Assembly: GCA_017501105.1 (NCBI GenBank)
Contig: JAFVXO010000117.1
Span: 1-52,697 of the forward strand
Direction: 5' to 3'
Length of the DNA stretch: 52,697 bases
DNA from: Clostridia bacterium
GTDB taxonomy: Bacteria; Bacillota; Clostridia; RGIG7378
The notes under the pieces are model-generated. The model made no database searches, was not told the origin of the DNA, and saw only the letters and a list, made by a program, of their open reading frames with translations. This document shows positions 28,718-39,586 of the stretch, one piece after another; the first letter of the stretch is position 1; every line of letters starts with the position of its first letter. Made by a program: the position numbers and the translations under genes.

Positions 28718-30112
28718 TTAGAATTCCGCAGAACCCGTTGTTCTTGGGAAAGGCAGTACGTCGCGGATGTTTGTGACGCCTGTGATGTACATCAATGCCC
28801 TCTCAAAGCCCAAGCCATAGCCTGCATGCTTAACAGAACCGTACTTGCGTGTATCCATGTACCAGCTGTAGTCCTCGGGGTTGAGTCCCAGCTCGTTAAT
28901 CCTATCCATGAGTACATCATAGCGTTCCTCTCTCTGGCTGCCTCCGACAATCTCGCCAACGCCGGGAACCAACAGGTCAGCTGCCGCAACGGTCTTGCCG
29001 TCCTCATTTTGCCTCATGTAGAAGGACTTGATGGCCTTGGGATAATCTGTAACAAATACAGGCTTGCAGAAAACCTTCTCCGTCAGGAATCTCTCGTGCT
29101 CGGTCTGGATATCTGCTCCCCATTCCACCTTGTAGTCAAAGGAATCGTTGTGCTTCTTGAGAATCTCAACTGCCTCAGTATATGTGATACGTCCAAACTC
29201 TGCGTTAACCAATGCATTCAGTCTGTCAAGCAAGGTCTTATCCACAAAGCTGTTGAAGAAATTCATCTCATCCGGGCACTTCTCCAGCACGTATTTGATG
29301 ATAAACTTCATCATATCCTCTGCCAGATCCATATAGTCGGACAAATCGGCAAAGGCAATCTCGGGCTCTACCATCCAGAACTCTGCAGCATGTCTGGGAG
29401 TGTAGGACTTCTCTGCTCTGAATGTGGGGCCAAAGGTATAAATCTTGTTAAAGGCCATGCAGAAGGTCTCTCCCTCCAGCTGTCCGCTAACAGTGAGGTT
29501 TGTAGCCTTGCCAAAGAAATCCTGAGACCAGTCCACCTTGCCGTCCTCTGTCATGGGAGGAGTCGTGGGGTCCAATGTGGTAACCCTGAACATATCTCCT
29601 GCACCCTCGCAGTCACTACCTGTAATCAAGGGTGTGTTTACGTAGACAAATCCCCTTTCTTGGAAGAAGGTATGAATAGCAAATGCCAATACAGACCTGA
29701 CTCTGAATATCGCAGAGTACAGGTTGGTTCTGGGTCTCAGATGTGCAATGGTACGCAGAAACTCTACAGAGTGGCGCTTCTTCTGCAGTGGGTAATCGGG
29801 AGCACACTGGCCGAGAATCTCAGCAGATGTAGCTCTCAGCTCGTATGCCTGCTTAGCTCCGGGAGAAAGCTGTACAATACCTGTAGCAGTAAGAGAAGCA
29901 CCTGTGGATGCGCCTGCAATATCCTTGTAGTTAGAGAGAATCTGGCTATCTGCAAAAATCTGCAAATTCTTGAAGCATGTACCGTCATTGACCTCTACAA
30001 AGCCAAAATTTCCGTTGTCTCTGGATGTCCTGACCCATCCGCTGATGGTGACTTCCTGGCCCAAATACGCCTCGTATTGCTGGTTTAACTCTCTAATGTC
30101 CATTCTGCTCAT
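28718..30112 (-). CDS. asnS: Asparagine--tRNA ligase
   Basis: OB-fold N-terminus [24 protein letters not shown]. Class II motifs [21 protein letters not shown] and [15 protein letters not shown]. Confidence 0.95.
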   Translation of the reverse strand: MSRMDIRELNQQYEAYLGQEVTISGWVRTSRDNGNFGFVEVNDGTCFKNLQIFADSQILSNYKDIAGASTGASLTATGIVQLSPGAKQAYELRATSAEILGQCAPDYPLQKKRHSVEFLRTIAHLRPRTNLYSAIFRVRSVLAFAIHTFFQERGFVYVNTPLITGSDCEGAGDMFRVTTLDPTTPPMTEDGKVDWSQDFFGKATNLTVSGQLEGETFCMAFNKIYTFGPTFRAEKSYTPRHAAEFWMVEPEIAFADLSDYMDLAEDMMKFIIKYVLEKCPDEMNFFNSFVDKTLLDRLNALVNAEFGRITYTEAVEILKKHNDSFDYKVEWGADIQTEHERFLTEKVFCKPVFVTDYPKAIKSFYMRQNEDGKTVAAADLLVPGVGEIVGGSQREERYDVLMDRINELGLNPEDYSWYMDTRKYGSVKHAGYGLGFERALMYITGVTNIRDVLPFPRTTGSAEF

Positions 30113-30130
30113 ATAAAACTCCGTTTGGAT

Positions 30131-31228
30131 TTATTTATCAAAAGGTGATTTGTATCCCGATCCGCCAAACAGACCTGTGTCTGCTGGCTTTGAGGGACGG
30201 GCGGGAGTAGCAGCTCCGGTTCCGCGGAACAGATCCTCCTGCTTGTAGCTATCCTTGTATCCCCTGTCAGACGTGCCTACATCGGGATTCCTGTGAAATT
30301 CTCTTGATGCAGGTCTGACCACCTCATCGGTGTTGGCAACCCTCTCAGGCTCTGTAACCTTTGCCGTTGCAGGTTCCTCATCGTCAAGGCTGGGTATGCT
30401 AAAGGGCTTTGTTGTAGAAAATACTGTCTCTCTGACCGGCTTGGCTGTCTCCTGCGCCTCGGGCTCCTCGTTTGAATATCCTGCAAAGCCACCCTGGAAC
30501 AGGTTATTGGTTTCTCTTGCCGGCTCAAATGTTGTGCGGTGCTGGGTCGGACTCTCTGTCTCCTCGTCAAACACCTCTGAGGGACGATTATCCAAAGTAC
30601 GGGTAAATCCACGGAAAGCAGGCCGCTCAATAGGTCTGCGCTCATAGCGAGGACCGTTGTCTTCCTCTGCAGCATCCTGTGTGTATCCAAAGGAAACTGC
30701 AGCGCCAACGGGTTGCTCCTGAGGTTCGGGAATCTCTTCCATCTCAAGCTGGTAGTCCTCAAAGTCTCCCTCGCTGGGATCCTCCCTGCGGATTATAGAT
30801 GCATCGGCAGGCCTGCGCGCTCTGTTGGTATCAAACGCCATGGGCTCATCGTCCATGACGAACATATTGTCAGCATCACTTGTCTCTGCATCATACTCAT
30901 AAGAATATCCATGAACCTCCACAGTGTCTGTATTGGGTTCATCATCATCTGCAGAAAACTCGGTGCGGAGAGGCATCCTGCGGCGCAAAATAGCCTCCTC
31001 CTGGTCGGGATCCTCTTTCTGTTTTTCCTTCTCTGCCTGACGGAGGCAGTAAATGAAATATCCACACAGTGCGATAATGGAGAACAGCAGCAGGATAATC
31101 AAAAATCTACGAATGTTCTGTCTCGATAAAAGTGCGGATATAACTACAAATATCAAAAATGCACCCACGGCGATCATGGGAGTTAGATATTTCTTTGGCT
31201 TCTGTTTATTATCTTCTCTATACGACAT
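30131..31228 (-). CDS. Hypothetical membrane protein: two N-terminal transmembrane helices plus a long acidic disordered tail
   Basis: A GGAGGA RBS precedes ATG 31228. The transmembrane helices are MIAVGAFLIFVVISALL and FLIILLLFSIIALCGYFIY, followed by about 280 aa rich in E/D/P/R/T. I recognise no family. Confidence 0.6.
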   Translation of the reverse strand: MSYREDNKQKPKKYLTPMIAVGAFLIFVVISALLSRQNIRRFLIILLLFSIIALCGYFIYCLRQAEKEKQKEDPDQEEAILRRRMPLRTEFSADDDEPNTDTVEVHGYSYEYDAETSDADNMFVMDDEPMAFDTNRARRPADASIIRREDPSEGDFEDYQLEMEEIPEPQEQPVGAAVSFGYTQDAAEEDNGPRYERRPIERPAFRGFTRTLDNRPSEVFDEETESPTQHRTTFEPARETNNLFQGGFAGYSNEEPEAQETAKPVRETVFSTTKPFSIPSLDDEEPATAKVTEPERVANTDEVVRPASREFHRNPDVGTSDRGYKDSYKQEDLFRGTGAATPARPSKPADTGLFGGSGYKSPFDK

Positions 31229-31257
31229 AGTTGTCCTCCAGAAATATAGATAGGGGC

Positions 31258-31286
31258 ATTATATCACCATAAGTCGAGTTTTTCTA
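31258..31286 (-). promoter_or_regulatory. Extended -10 promoter candidate for the 30131..31228 gene / asnS
   Basis: Minus strand: TAGAAA (31286-31281), a 17-nt spacer ending in TGa, then TATAAT (31263-31258). Confidence 0.4.
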
Positions 31287-31291
31287 TCAGT

Positions 31292-31984
31292 TTAATTTGC
31301 AAATACCGCCACAAAGTCCGGTTTTTTCTCAAACCTCATGAGTTTGCGGTCTCCTACGGGATGCCTGAATTCCAAAATTCCCGCAAAAAGGCACAAATCT
31401 CCTTGACTGTAGGCCCTGTGTCCAGGTCTATTTGCATCTGGGCCGTATTTTTCATCTCCCAAAATGGGATAGCCTCTGTGAGAAAGCTGCACTCTGATCT
31501 GATGGGAGCGTCCTGTTATAAGTTCGATCTGCCACAAGACCAGATTGTCGTTTGTCCTACCTATAATGTTATATGCCAATTCCGAGAGCTTTCCGCTGTG
31601 GTCCACTCTCGAAATGTTAGTTTCTCCGTCCTTGGATAAAATATCCTTGAACACGCCTTTGTCCGCTGCGGGGCCGCCACGGGTTAATGCGTAATATTGT
31701 TTGTTGACTTTGTGGTTTCGGATATCCTCCGACAACCTGGAAGCCGCCTTGGACGTCCTGGCAAATACCATTATGCCGGCAGTGGGCATATCCAGTCTAT
31801 GTACCAGTCCGAGAAAAACCTCTCCCGGCTTGTTATATTTGTCCGCAATATATTCCTTGAGTATTGTAAGCATATCCGGCCTATCCGAGCCATCAGACTG
31901 GGACAGCACCCCTGCAGGCTTAATCGCCACAATCAGGTGATTATCCTCATACAATATTTCCGGAATCACGGTCGACTTCTTCAT
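31292..31984 (-). CDS. RluA-family pseudouridine synthase (no S4 domain)
   Basis: LVHRLDMPTAGIMVFA catalytic motif and GRSHQIRVQL. I moved the start to ATG 31984 (MKKSTVIPEILYED). It forms an ATGA overlap with the upstream methyltransferase stop. Confidence 0.85.
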   Translation of the reverse strand: MKKSTVIPEILYEDNHLIVAIKPAGVLSQSDGSDRPDMLTILKEYIADKYNKPGEVFLGLVHRLDMPTAGIMVFARTSKAASRLSEDIRNHKVNKQYYALTRGGPAADKGVFKDILSKDGETNISRVDHSGKLSELAYNIIGRTNDNLVLWQIELITGRSHQIRVQLSHRGYPILGDEKYGPDANRPGHRAYSQGDLCLFAGILEFRHPVGDRKLMRFEKKPDFVAVFAN

Positions 31985-32844
31985 TTGGTCCACCTGGCAT
32001 ATGCGCCACATGGCAAAACTATGCCCGAAGATGTGACGGGCAGTCCGATTTCGTCGCAGACAACCTTGCCTCCGAATTTCTTGACCAGTGTCAACTCCAG
32101 GATGTTTGCAGAAACTGCGGGAGAAAAGCCCGTCGTGTATGAGTTCAGGAGGAAAAACAGTGGTTTTGGAGTCATTACTCCACACGTATCCTTTACCAGA
32201 TTGTACAGACAGTCCTCCAGCTTCCAGACTTCTCCATTGGTTCCCCTGCCATAGCTGGGAGGATCCATGATAACTCCATCATACAGGCTGTTGCGGCGAA
32301 TTTCTCTGGCTACAAACTTGTTTACGTCGTCTACAATATATCTGACAGGCCTGTCGGACAAGCCTGACAGGGCAACATTTTCTTTAGCTTTAGCCACCAT
32401 TCCCTTGGATGCATCCACATGACATACCGACGCGCCTGCCTCTGCAGCTGCAACTGTAGCTCCGCCTGTGTATGCAAACAAATTGATAACTCTGACGTTG
32501 TTCTTGCCCTCGTTGCGGATAAGTTCCCTCATCCAATCCCAATTGGCAGCCTGTTCCGGAAACAGTCCTGTGTGCTTAAAACCCATGGGCTCAATGCCAA
32601 ATCTCATGTTGTCATAGGAAATGGTCCACTGTTTGGGAATGTTTCTCTTATAGTTCCAACCACCACCGCCGGAACTGGCACGACTATAAACTGCATCCGC
32701 AGACGCCCACTTTTCCGGATGACTCTTAGGCCAGATAACCTGGGGATCAGGTCTGACAAGGATGTAGTTCTTCCAGCGTTCCAGCCTCTGTCCGTCGCCG
32801 GTATCGATTAACTCGTAGTCTGTCCACTTGTCGGCTGTCGTCAT
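31981..32844 (-). CDS. Class I SAM-dependent rRNA (RlmI/RlmK-like) methyltransferase
   Basis: YELIDTGDGQRLERW PUA-like start. SAM fold VINLFAYTGGATVAAAEAGASVCHVDAS and DGVIMDPPSYG. I moved the start to ATG 32844, which has GAGAGAGAGGA about 8 nt upstream. Confidence 0.75.
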   Translation of the reverse strand: MTTADKWTDYELIDTGDGQRLERWKNYILVRPDPQVIWPKSHPEKWASADAVYSRASSGGGGWNYKRNIPKQWTISYDNMRFGIEPMGFKHTGLFPEQAANWDWMRELIRNEGKNNVRVINLFAYTGGATVAAAEAGASVCHVDASKGMVAKAKENVALSGLSDRPVRYIVDDVNKFVAREIRRNSLYDGVIMDPPSYGRGTNGEVWKLEDCLYNLVKDTCGVMTPKPLFFLLNSYTTGFSPAVSANILELTLVKKFGGKVVCDEIGLPVTSSGIVLPCGAYARWTK

Positions 32845-32849
32845 GTAGA

Positions 32850-35123
32850 CTATCCTCTCTCTCTGTTCTTGTTGATAAGGCAACCTGCCAAGATAATCTT
32901 GCGCTCCTCCTCGGTGAGTCCGGGCAGTGAGAACTCAATCTGTCTCTTTATCTCGCCTGTTGCAGACACCAGATATCCATTAACCATTTCGTTGTAGTCT
33001 GTAAGTGCACTCCTGACGCCATTCAGCACCAGAACATCGCCCACTTCAATATATGCAGCATCTTCGTCCTTGGCCTGTAAGGGCAGCATTCCCCAGTTAA
33101 TCAGGTTGGAACGATACCTCTTGGTAGCATACTCGGAAACCACATTTGCCCATCCTCCCAATACCTTCTGGCAGGATGCGGCCTGCTCTCTGGCAGAACC
33201 GTCTCCAGGACGAACTGCATAGATAAAGCTGCCTACGCCTGTATTTTCGGCGTTAAATCCATATGCACTGACCAACTCCTGGGGCAATCTTGCGGAAATG
33301 TATTCCTCTACTGCAGCAGCTCCCTCAGCAGTATCTCTGGCAACCTCCATATTGCGGGTAACCTTGGCTGCCGCAACGTACTCGGGAACTCTGCGGGACA
33401 GTGTAAACTCGGCCAATCTATAGGGATTGGATCTGTAGGAAGATGTCTCTCCGGAAGGAATCAGCTCGTCTGTTGTAGTGACGCTGTCTCTGATGTCAGC
33501 AGCGCACTCCAGCACCAGATTATCGGGCAATGCGTGCATCTTGGGCCAATCTGCAATGTTGGGTCCCATAACCAGTTCTCTATCTGTGTTTCCCTTGCCA
33601 TAGCCGTTGTATACCCTGTTTTCGTAAACCTTGCTGTCAAAGTTATACTCCGGAGCCTCGTATGCGCTCCAATCCAAATCCTCGGCGGATGTAAGTCTGC
33701 CTCCACGGGCTGCTGTGGCAGCAATAGATCTGGCGTCCATCAGCGCTACAGAGGCAATCTGTCCCTCGCCGGGCTTAGATCCCTCTCTGCTGGCAAAGTT
33801 TCTGGTAGAGTGGCGAATGGACAGTCCCTTGTTGCCTGGAACATCTCCTGCTCCAAAGCAAGGTCCACAGAATGCTGTGCGCATAATAGCTCCTGCTGCT
33901 GTCAGTTCTGCTGCAGCGCCGTTCTTCATCAGCTCGAGCAGTATAGGCTGAGATGCGGGGTATACGTTGAGGGCACATGCGCCGTTGCCTGTGCTCTTAC
34001 CCTTGAGGGCATAAGCTGCAGCGCAGATATTCTCAAACGTTCCGCCGGAGCAGCCTGCAATCTCACACTGATCAACATAGAAGTTGCCGTCGATCAGCTT
34101 GTCAGTCAGGTTGAGCGTAACCTTGTCTCCAAGCTGGGCGTTGCACTTCTTCTCCGTCTCCTTGAGGATGTCCATTGGGTTAGCCAGGAATTCCCTGATC
34201 TCGTATGCATTGGAGGGGTGGAAGGGCAATGCTATCATGGCGTGAACTGTGCTCAGATCGATGTCTACCACTCTGTCGTAGATAGCTCCCTCAGCAGGGT
34301 GCAGTGGGCTGTATGCCTCTCCTCTGCCGTGAAGCTTGAGATATGCCTGGGTCTTGTCGTCAGTCTCCCAAATAGAGGACAGACAAGCAGTTTCTGTTGT
34401 CATAACGTCGATGCCGATTCTGTAGTCCATGGACAGTTTCTCGACGCCGGGGCCGATGAACTCCAAAATGCGGTTCTTAACAAATCCGTTTCCAAACACG
34501 GCCTGTACCAATGCCAGCGCCACGTCCTGTGGACCAACACCGGGCAGTGGCTCTCCGTGGAGGTAAACAGCAACAACCTCAGGGCGTGCAATATCATAGG
34601 TCTGGCCCAACAGCTGCTTAACCAGCTCAGGTCCTCCCTCGCCCATGGCAATGGTTCCCAGTGCGCCGTAGCGTGTGTGGCTGTCGGAACCCAGCAGCAT
34701 CTTGCCGCAGCCTGCCATCATCTCCCTCATGTACTGGTGGATAACAGACAGATGTGCCGGGACAAATATTCCACCATACTTCTCTGTAGCAGACAGGCCA
34801 AACAGGTGGTCATCCTCGTTGATAGTGCCTCCTACAGCACATAGGCTGTTATGGCAGTTAGTCAGAACATAGGGAATGGGGAATTTCTCCATACCGCTGG
34901 CCCTTGCTGTCTGTATGATACCTACGTATGTAATGTCGTGGGATGCCAAACCGTCGAATTTGATACGGAGATTGTCTCCGCATGACTGTCCGTCTACACA
35001 GTGTGCAGACAGAATTCCCCAGGCCATTGTCTTGTCGGCAGTTCCCTGAACCTCCGCTGCTGCGGATACAGGAACCAGCTTGCCTGCAGTGAGAATGTGT
35101 TTTTCGTTAATGCACTTTACCAT
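32850..35123 (-). CDS. Aconitase-family hydratase (putative aconitate hydratase)
   Basis: GSDSHTRYG, Fe-S ligand region [20 protein letters not shown], and a C-terminal swivel-like domain. It is 757 aa. The substrate cannot be fixed from sequence alone. Confidence 0.8.
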   Translation of the reverse strand: MVKCINEKHILTAGKLVPVSAAAEVQGTADKTMAWGILSAHCVDGQSCGDNLRIKFDGLASHDITYVGIIQTARASGMEKFPIPYVLTNCHNSLCAVGGTINEDDHLFGLSATEKYGGIFVPAHLSVIHQYMREMMAGCGKMLLGSDSHTRYGALGTIAMGEGGPELVKQLLGQTYDIARPEVVAVYLHGEPLPGVGPQDVALALVQAVFGNGFVKNRILEFIGPGVEKLSMDYRIGIDVMTTETACLSSIWETDDKTQAYLKLHGRGEAYSPLHPAEGAIYDRVVDIDLSTVHAMIALPFHPSNAYEIREFLANPMDILKETEKKCNAQLGDKVTLNLTDKLIDGNFYVDQCEIAGCSGGTFENICAAAYALKGKSTGNGACALNVYPASQPILLELMKNGAAAELTAAGAIMRTAFCGPCFGAGDVPGNKGLSIRHSTRNFASREGSKPGEGQIASVALMDARSIAATAARGGRLTSAEDLDWSAYEAPEYNFDSKVYENRVYNGYGKGNTDRELVMGPNIADWPKMHALPDNLVLECAADIRDSVTTTDELIPSGETSSYRSNPYRLAEFTLSRRVPEYVAAAKVTRNMEVARDTAEGAAAVEEYISARLPQELVSAYGFNAENTGVGSFIYAVRPGDGSAREQAASCQKVLGGWANVVSEYATKRYRSNLINWGMLPLQAKDEDAAYIEVGDVLVLNGVRSALTDYNEMVNGYLVSATGEIKRQIEFSLPGLTEEERKIILAGCLINKNRERG

Positions 35124-35731
35124 TATTTTACCTCGTTCCCTTTCACATTGCTGTTTACCAGCTCGGAATAATATTTTTTCGTTTTGATGGACGCAGGGTG
35201 AACCGTTACGCCCTTGGCTTGGTTATACCGGATAACATTATCCAAAATGTGCAGCGCAGCCCGTTGCAGATTCCGGCCCAGCACCTCCCGTGCCACTACC
35301 GCATCTCCATGGGTCCTGCCAACCTCGCAGTAGTCTGCTGAAAATACCAGCAGTTCCAGATCGGACATCCCAGGTCTGCCACAGGTGTGGTTGGCAATGG
35401 CGTTGAGTATGTCCTCATCCTCCACTCCGAATTCCTCCCGGGCAATAAAGCTGCCCACAATGGGATGCAACAAGTGTGTGGCCTGCATCTGAATGGCATC
35501 CGGTTGGTATCCGCGATCTATGCAAATAGCCACCATCTGCTCTCCATCTATATACTTGGCACAATCGTGCAGCAGTCCGGCCGTCAAAGCCTTGTCCCTA
35601 TCTATACCGTATCTGGGTGCCAGTTGTCCACACAGTTCCATAACATTGAGCGAATGCGTGAATCTTTTTGGCGGCAAAGTCTCACTAAGCCGTACCTTGG
35701 CCTCCTGGTAGCTCATATTCATGTACATCAT
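35123..35731 (-). CDS. yqeK: HD-domain bis(5'-nucleosyl)-tetraphosphatase YqeK
   Basis: [12 protein letters not shown] and [11 protein letters not shown] motifs, and the conserved nadD-yqeK pairing. I chose ATG 35731, which forms an ATGA overlap with the nadD stop. Confidence 0.8.
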   Translation of the reverse strand: MMYMNMSYQEAKVRLSETLPPKRFTHSLNVMELCGQLAPRYGIDRDKALTAGLLHDCAKYIDGEQMVAICIDRGYQPDAIQMQATHLLHPIVGSFIAREEFGVEDEDILNAIANHTCGRPGMSDLELLVFSADYCEVGRTHGDAVVAREVLGRNLQRAALHILDNVIRYNQAKGVTVHPASIKTKKYYSELVNSNVKGNEVK

Positions 35732-36327
35732 CGGTACAGTCCTCGCTCCCGGATATACTGCAAAACCGCCTCCGGCACCAATCCCTGGCAACTCTCGCCA
35801 CAGGCCAGTCTGCGTCGGATATCCGTGGAGGAAACCTCAGGCAAATCCATGTCGGCATACTCCATATCCAGATGCAGGGTTTCGGTCAGCCGGGCAATCC
35901 TGTCCTCAAGCTGTGCGGTGGGATATCCTCTCCTGGCGGCTATTGCAAAACTGCAGTATTTGTGAAGCTCCTCCGCCCTATGCCACTTGTGCAGCTCATT
36001 GGGAATGTCTGCGCCCTGGATAAATACCAGACTGTCATTGGGATGCAGCAGGCTGAGTCTATGCAGAGTGTCGATGGAGTAGCTCACTCCATCCTCCCTG
36101 ACCTCCATGTCGGATACCAAGACCTGCACATTGTCTGCAAATGCCAGCTGCGCCATCTCATATCTCTGTCGGGCAGTGACAGGTGTAGCCCCTTTGAATG
36201 GGTGATTCCCGGATGGAACAACAATCAAAGCGTCCAGTTTAAACGCCTCCAGACTCCCTGTGCCGAGAGCCACATGTCCCATATGTATCGGGTTAAATGA
36301 CCCACCTAAAACACCTATTCTTTTCAT
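35728..36327 (-). CDS. nadD: Nicotinate-nucleotide adenylyltransferase
   Basis: MKRIGVLGGSFNPIHMGHV (the (T/H)xGH nucleotidyltransferase motif) and the ISSTDIR-like VSSTDIRRR. Confidence 0.9.
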   Translation of the reverse strand: MKRIGVLGGSFNPIHMGHVALGTGSLEAFKLDALIVVPSGNHPFKGATPVTARQRYEMAQLAFADNVQVLVSDMEVREDGVSYSIDTLHRLSLLHPNDSLVFIQGADIPNELHKWHRAEELHKYCSFAIAARRGYPTAQLEDRIARLTETLHLDMEYADMDLPEVSSTDIRRRLACGESCQGLVPEAVLQYIRERGLYR

Positions 36328-36371
36328 GGGTTACATTATAGCACGGGCAGGCAGATTATCTACTGTTTTTC

Positions 36372-36400
36372 TTGTAAAGGATATACCAAAGTGTTATACT
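36372..36400 (+). promoter_or_regulatory. Sigma-A-type (extended -10) promoter candidate for serS
   Basis: TTGTAA (36372-36377), a 17-nt spacer ending in TGt, then TATACT (36395-36400). The leader is only about 30 nt. Confidence 0.55.
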
Positions 36401-36435
36401 TCGGGGATATAAGACGAACAATTGGAGGTTCTTTC

Positions 36436-37716
36436 ATGTTAGATATTAATGCCATCAGATCAAAACCCGAAGCCATTCAGGCCAAGCTCGCCAAGAAGGG
36501 CTGTAATGTGGATTTCTCCGATTTCCTCAAATTGGATGCCGAGCGCAGACAGTTGCTGCAGGAGGTTGAGGCTCTCAAGGCCCGCCGCAACAAGGTTTCA
36601 TCCGAAATTCCCGCCCTTAAGAAGGCCGGCCAGGATGTTTCCGCAGTACTTGACGAGATGAAGGCCACCTCCGACAAGATTAAGGAGATGGACGACCAGG
36701 TCAAGGTTGTGGATCAGCGCATTTTCGACTTTGTTTCCTACCTTCCCAACCTGCCTGCTGACGACGTTGTTGCAGGTGGCAAGGAGAACAACCAGCTGGT
36801 TCACGAGTGGGGTTCCAAGCCCAGCTTTGACTTCCCTCTCAAGGACCATGTAGAGTTGGCCAAGGATCTGGGCCTCATAGACTACGAGCGCGGAGCCAAG
36901 CTTAGCGGCAACGGTTTCTGGATGTACCGCGGCAACGGTGCCAAGCTTGAGTGGGCTCTGCTCAACTACTTCATTGAGACACACATCAATGATGGTTACG
37001 AGTTCATCCTGCCTCCCCACATGCTGGGCGCACGCTGCGGATTTACAGCAGGCCAGTTCCCCAAGTTTGCCGACGAGGTTTACTACATTGGAGAGCGCAC
37101 AGGTGACGATTCCGACAAGTTTATGCTGCCCACAGCTGAGACAGCACTTATCAATATGTATCGCGACGAGGTTTTGGAGGAGGCACAGCTTCCCCAGAAG
37201 TTATTTGCATATACCCCCTGCTTCCGCAAGGAGGCCGGCAGCTACCGTTCCGACGAGCGCGGTATGATTCGCGGACACCAGTTCGACAAGGTTGAGATGT
37301 TCCAGTACACCACACCTGAGACCTCCGAGGATGCTCTCCAGGAGCTTGTATCCAAGGCAGAGGCCCTGCTTCAGGGATTGGGCCTGCACTACCAGCTGTC
37401 CAAACTGGCCGCCGAGGACTGCAGTGCTTCCATGATGAAGACATACGACATCGAGGTCTGGATTCCCAGTATGGGCATTTACAAGGAGGTTTCCTCCTGC
37501 TCCAACGCCGGCGATTATCAGGCCCGCCGCGGCAACATCCGTTTTAAGCGCAAGGCCACCGGCAAGAACGAGTTCATCCACTCCCTCAACGGTTCAGGTC
37601 TGGCTACATCCCGCGTTATCCCTGCTCTACTGGAACAGCATCAGCAGGCAGACGGCAGCGTAGTGATTCCTGAGGTTCTCCGCAAGTGGATGGGTTGCGA
37701 TGTGCTGAGACCCTGA
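36436..37716 (+). CDS. serS: Serine--tRNA ligase
   Basis: MLDINAIRSKPEAIQAKLAKKG coiled-coil arm, and class II motifs (FRKEAGSYRSDERGMIRGHQFDKVE, GSGLATSRVIPALLE). I moved the start to ATG 36436 because GGAGG lies 7 nt upstream. Confidence 0.95.
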   Translation: MLDINAIRSKPEAIQAKLAKKGCNVDFSDFLKLDAERRQLLQEVEALKARRNKVSSEIPALKKAGQDVSAVLDEMKATSDKIKEMDDQVKVVDQRIFDFVSYLPNLPADDVVAGGKENNQLVHEWGSKPSFDFPLKDHVELAKDLGLIDYERGAKLSGNGFWMYRGNGAKLEWALLNYFIETHINDGYEFILPPHMLGARCGFTAGQFPKFADEVYYIGERTGDDSDKFMLPTAETALINMYRDEVLEEAQLPQKLFAYTPCFRKEAGSYRSDERGMIRGHQFDKVEMFQYTTPETSEDALQELVSKAEALLQGLGLHYQLSKLAAEDCSASMMKTYDIEVWIPSMGIYKEVSSCSNAGDYQARRGNIRFKRKATGKNEFIHSLNGSGLATSRVIPALLEQHQQADGSVVIPEVLRKWMGCDVLRP

Positions 37717-37750
37717 TTTTAACCCCACCAATACAATAAGCCGTTATTCG

Positions 37751-37784
37751 ATGACACCTTCAGATTTTGAGGGTGTCATTTTTG
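37751..37784 (+). terminator. Rho-independent terminator after serS
   Basis: ATGACACC...GGTGTCAT stem (37751-37758 and 37772-37779) followed by TTTTTG. Confidence 0.7.
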
Positions 37785-37793
37785 CACTAGAAA

Positions 37794-37819
37794 GGAGTTT
37801 GGCGGTTTTGCCAAACTCC
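37794..37819 (-). terminator. Hairpin downstream of the LRR gene (weak terminator candidate)
   Basis: GGAGTTTGGC-GGTTTT-GCCAAACTCC is a 10-bp stem. On the minus strand only a short TTTCT tract follows. Confidence 0.45.
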
Positions 37820-37876
37820 CGTGTTTCTCTAACATTATTTAGATCCTATATGGCTGAATACCTCTGATCTATGTTG

Positions 37877-39565
37877 TTACTTGTGTCCGGCTCTTAATTT
37901 CTTCTGTCGCCTGTTCCAAATAACCATAACTCCGCCGACAAGCAGGATAGATCCAACAAGCGCAGAAACAATAATCAGTGTCAGTGTACCAAGTCCAATT
38001 CCTAGTCCATTGGTGGTGCCGGTAATAATGTACTGCACACCATCCTCGTCCGTCAGAGTGGACCCATCATAATCTATGCCATACTCCTTGGCCAGTGTCT
38101 TAGGAATGTTAACTTTGTCATCCTCAATGCCCGAGACATTAAGGGCAATCAAGTACTGTCCAGATACAGTGCCTGCCACATTATATGCGGCCATTCCCTC
38201 ATCATCCACAATGACGCTGGAAAGCTCCGTTAACTTTTTACCGTTTATGCTGTATAGAGTAGCCACTTGTCTTGCAGCATCTAACCCCAAGGGGAATCTT
38301 ACTGTTGTATTGTAGGTATTGCTGCCTAAAACAGCAGTATACGTAACAACGTCTCCCAGTAGATTTGCAAAGGATCCGGCCTCGTTGCGCACAATGGCAA
38401 CACTCAAGTTCTGCTGCCCGCTAATGGAGCTTGACGTCTGATCCTTAAACACAACATCCCAATAAACGTTGTCTGACGTATGAATTGTTACTGTAATGTC
38501 TAATTCAGAAAGCTCATCAAGCACGCCCTGCTCTATTACATCATAGTCCTGAATCTGGACCATTACATTAGGCTTCTCTCCTGAAGACAGAACATCTATT
38601 ATCTCATCAATAAGATCATCCCATCCTGATGAGTCCTTAATATTAGCACTAATGGTTGTTCCATACTCCTGCTCTGGCAGATATTCATTTTCTCTTATAG
38701 GCAGCTTATTGACTGTGGTTATGATTGCGCCATCTGTCTCCGAATATGTAATATCATTCCTAAAGGTCTCGTCGTCTCTAAGGACACATTCCTCGTCAAG
38801 CTGTTTTTGCAACTCCTGCTTAACCTCTTGTGTTCCGCCATAATCTACAAAATACAGGTTGGGACATTCGGATACAGCGTTATACTCAACAGTCTCAATA
38901 GTCTCCGGAAGATATAATTCCCAAAGAGCCCTACAGCCATAGAAGGTCCAGTAAGGAAGCACATCTAACCTACCTAAAACCCTGGCATATACCAGGTTGC
39001 TGCAATATGAAAAAGCACTATTTCCCAAATACGTTACGCTCTCAGGGATGGTAATGCCAGCAAGACTCTTGCAGCTGTAGAAGGCTTTGTCTCCAATAAC
39101 CTCCAGTGTGGATGGAAGATTAAGGTTTACCAGAGCCTTGCAGTCATAAAAACAGGCCCAACCTATCTCCTTCACTGCCGGCATATATATCTGAACTAAG
39201 CTATAGCAGTCCGAAAAGGCCAGGTTGCCCAATGAAACTACGCTGCTATCCATTTTAACAGTGGTAAGATTAACGCACTGGTAAAAAGCCATGTTGCCAA
39301 TGGACCTAACACCATCTGATACAACTACTCTCTGAATATCAGAGGCGAAACTGAACCATGGCGCCGGATATACCTCGGAATAATCTGCCATATCTCCTGT
39401 TCCTGAGACAGTAAGGACACCGCAATCATAGGACCATGTTACATTGTCGCCGCAGGAACCAGAGGCTTCTTCTGCCAGACCAACCACAGAAAAAGACAAG
39501 ACAAAGCTCGTAAGTATAGCCAATGCCATAATCAATGATATTAACTTGTGAGTACGAACAGTCAT
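37877..39565 (-). CDS. BspA-type leucine-rich-repeat surface protein with a signal peptide and a C-terminal transmembrane anchor
   Basis: Signal/TM segment LISLIMALAILTSFVLSFSVVGLA. Repeats of the form IGNMAFYQCVNLTTV / LGNLAFSDCYSL / IGDKAFYSCKSLAGITIP / LGNSAFSYCSNL. C-terminal LTLIIVSALVGSILLVGGVMVIW followed by a basic tail. Confidence 0.75.
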   Translation of the reverse strand: MTVRTHKLISLIMALAILTSFVLSFSVVGLAEEASGSCGDNVTWSYDCGVLTVSGTGDMADYSEVYPAPWFSFASDIQRVVVSDGVRSIGNMAFYQCVNLTTVKMDSSVVSLGNLAFSDCYSLVQIYMPAVKEIGWACFYDCKALVNLNLPSTLEVIGDKAFYSCKSLAGITIPESVTYLGNSAFSYCSNLVYARVLGRLDVLPYWTFYGCRALWELYLPETIETVEYNAVSECPNLYFVDYGGTQEVKQELQKQLDEECVLRDDETFRNDITYSETDGAIITTVNKLPIRENEYLPEQEYGTTISANIKDSSGWDDLIDEIIDVLSSGEKPNVMVQIQDYDVIEQGVLDELSELDITVTIHTSDNVYWDVVFKDQTSSSISGQQNLSVAIVRNEAGSFANLLGDVVTYTAVLGSNTYNTTVRFPLGLDAARQVATLYSINGKKLTELSSVIVDDEGMAAYNVAGTVSGQYLIALNVSGIEDDKVNIPKTLAKEYGIDYDGSTLTDEDGVQYIITGTTNGLGIGLGTLTLIIVSALVGSILLVGGVMVIWNRRQKKLRAGHK

Positions 39566-39586
39566 ATGCTTGTCCTTTCTGTTAGA

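Noticed and set aside
28712-30088. 458-aa plus-strand ORF.
   Set aside because: It is exactly antisense to asnS, which has unmistakable class II aaRS motifs. The plus-frame protein is Cys/Leu/His-rich with no motifs.
33534-34844. 436-aa plus-strand ORF.
   Set aside because: It is antisense to the aconitase-family gene, is Cys/Ser/Ala-rich and low-complexity, and has no RBS.
36328-36435. T-box leaders upstream of serS, and likewise upstream of pheS at 12239-12280 and asnS at 30113-30130.
   Set aside because: The intergenic spaces are 108, 42 and 18 nt, too short for a T-box of about 200 nt. I saw no specifier-loop or T-box consensus.
37794-37860. Possible 19-codon TTG-initiated ORF after an AAGGAG-like sequence.
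   Set aside because: The apparent RBS and start codon are the two arms of the terminator hairpin. The ORF has no context or conservation argument.
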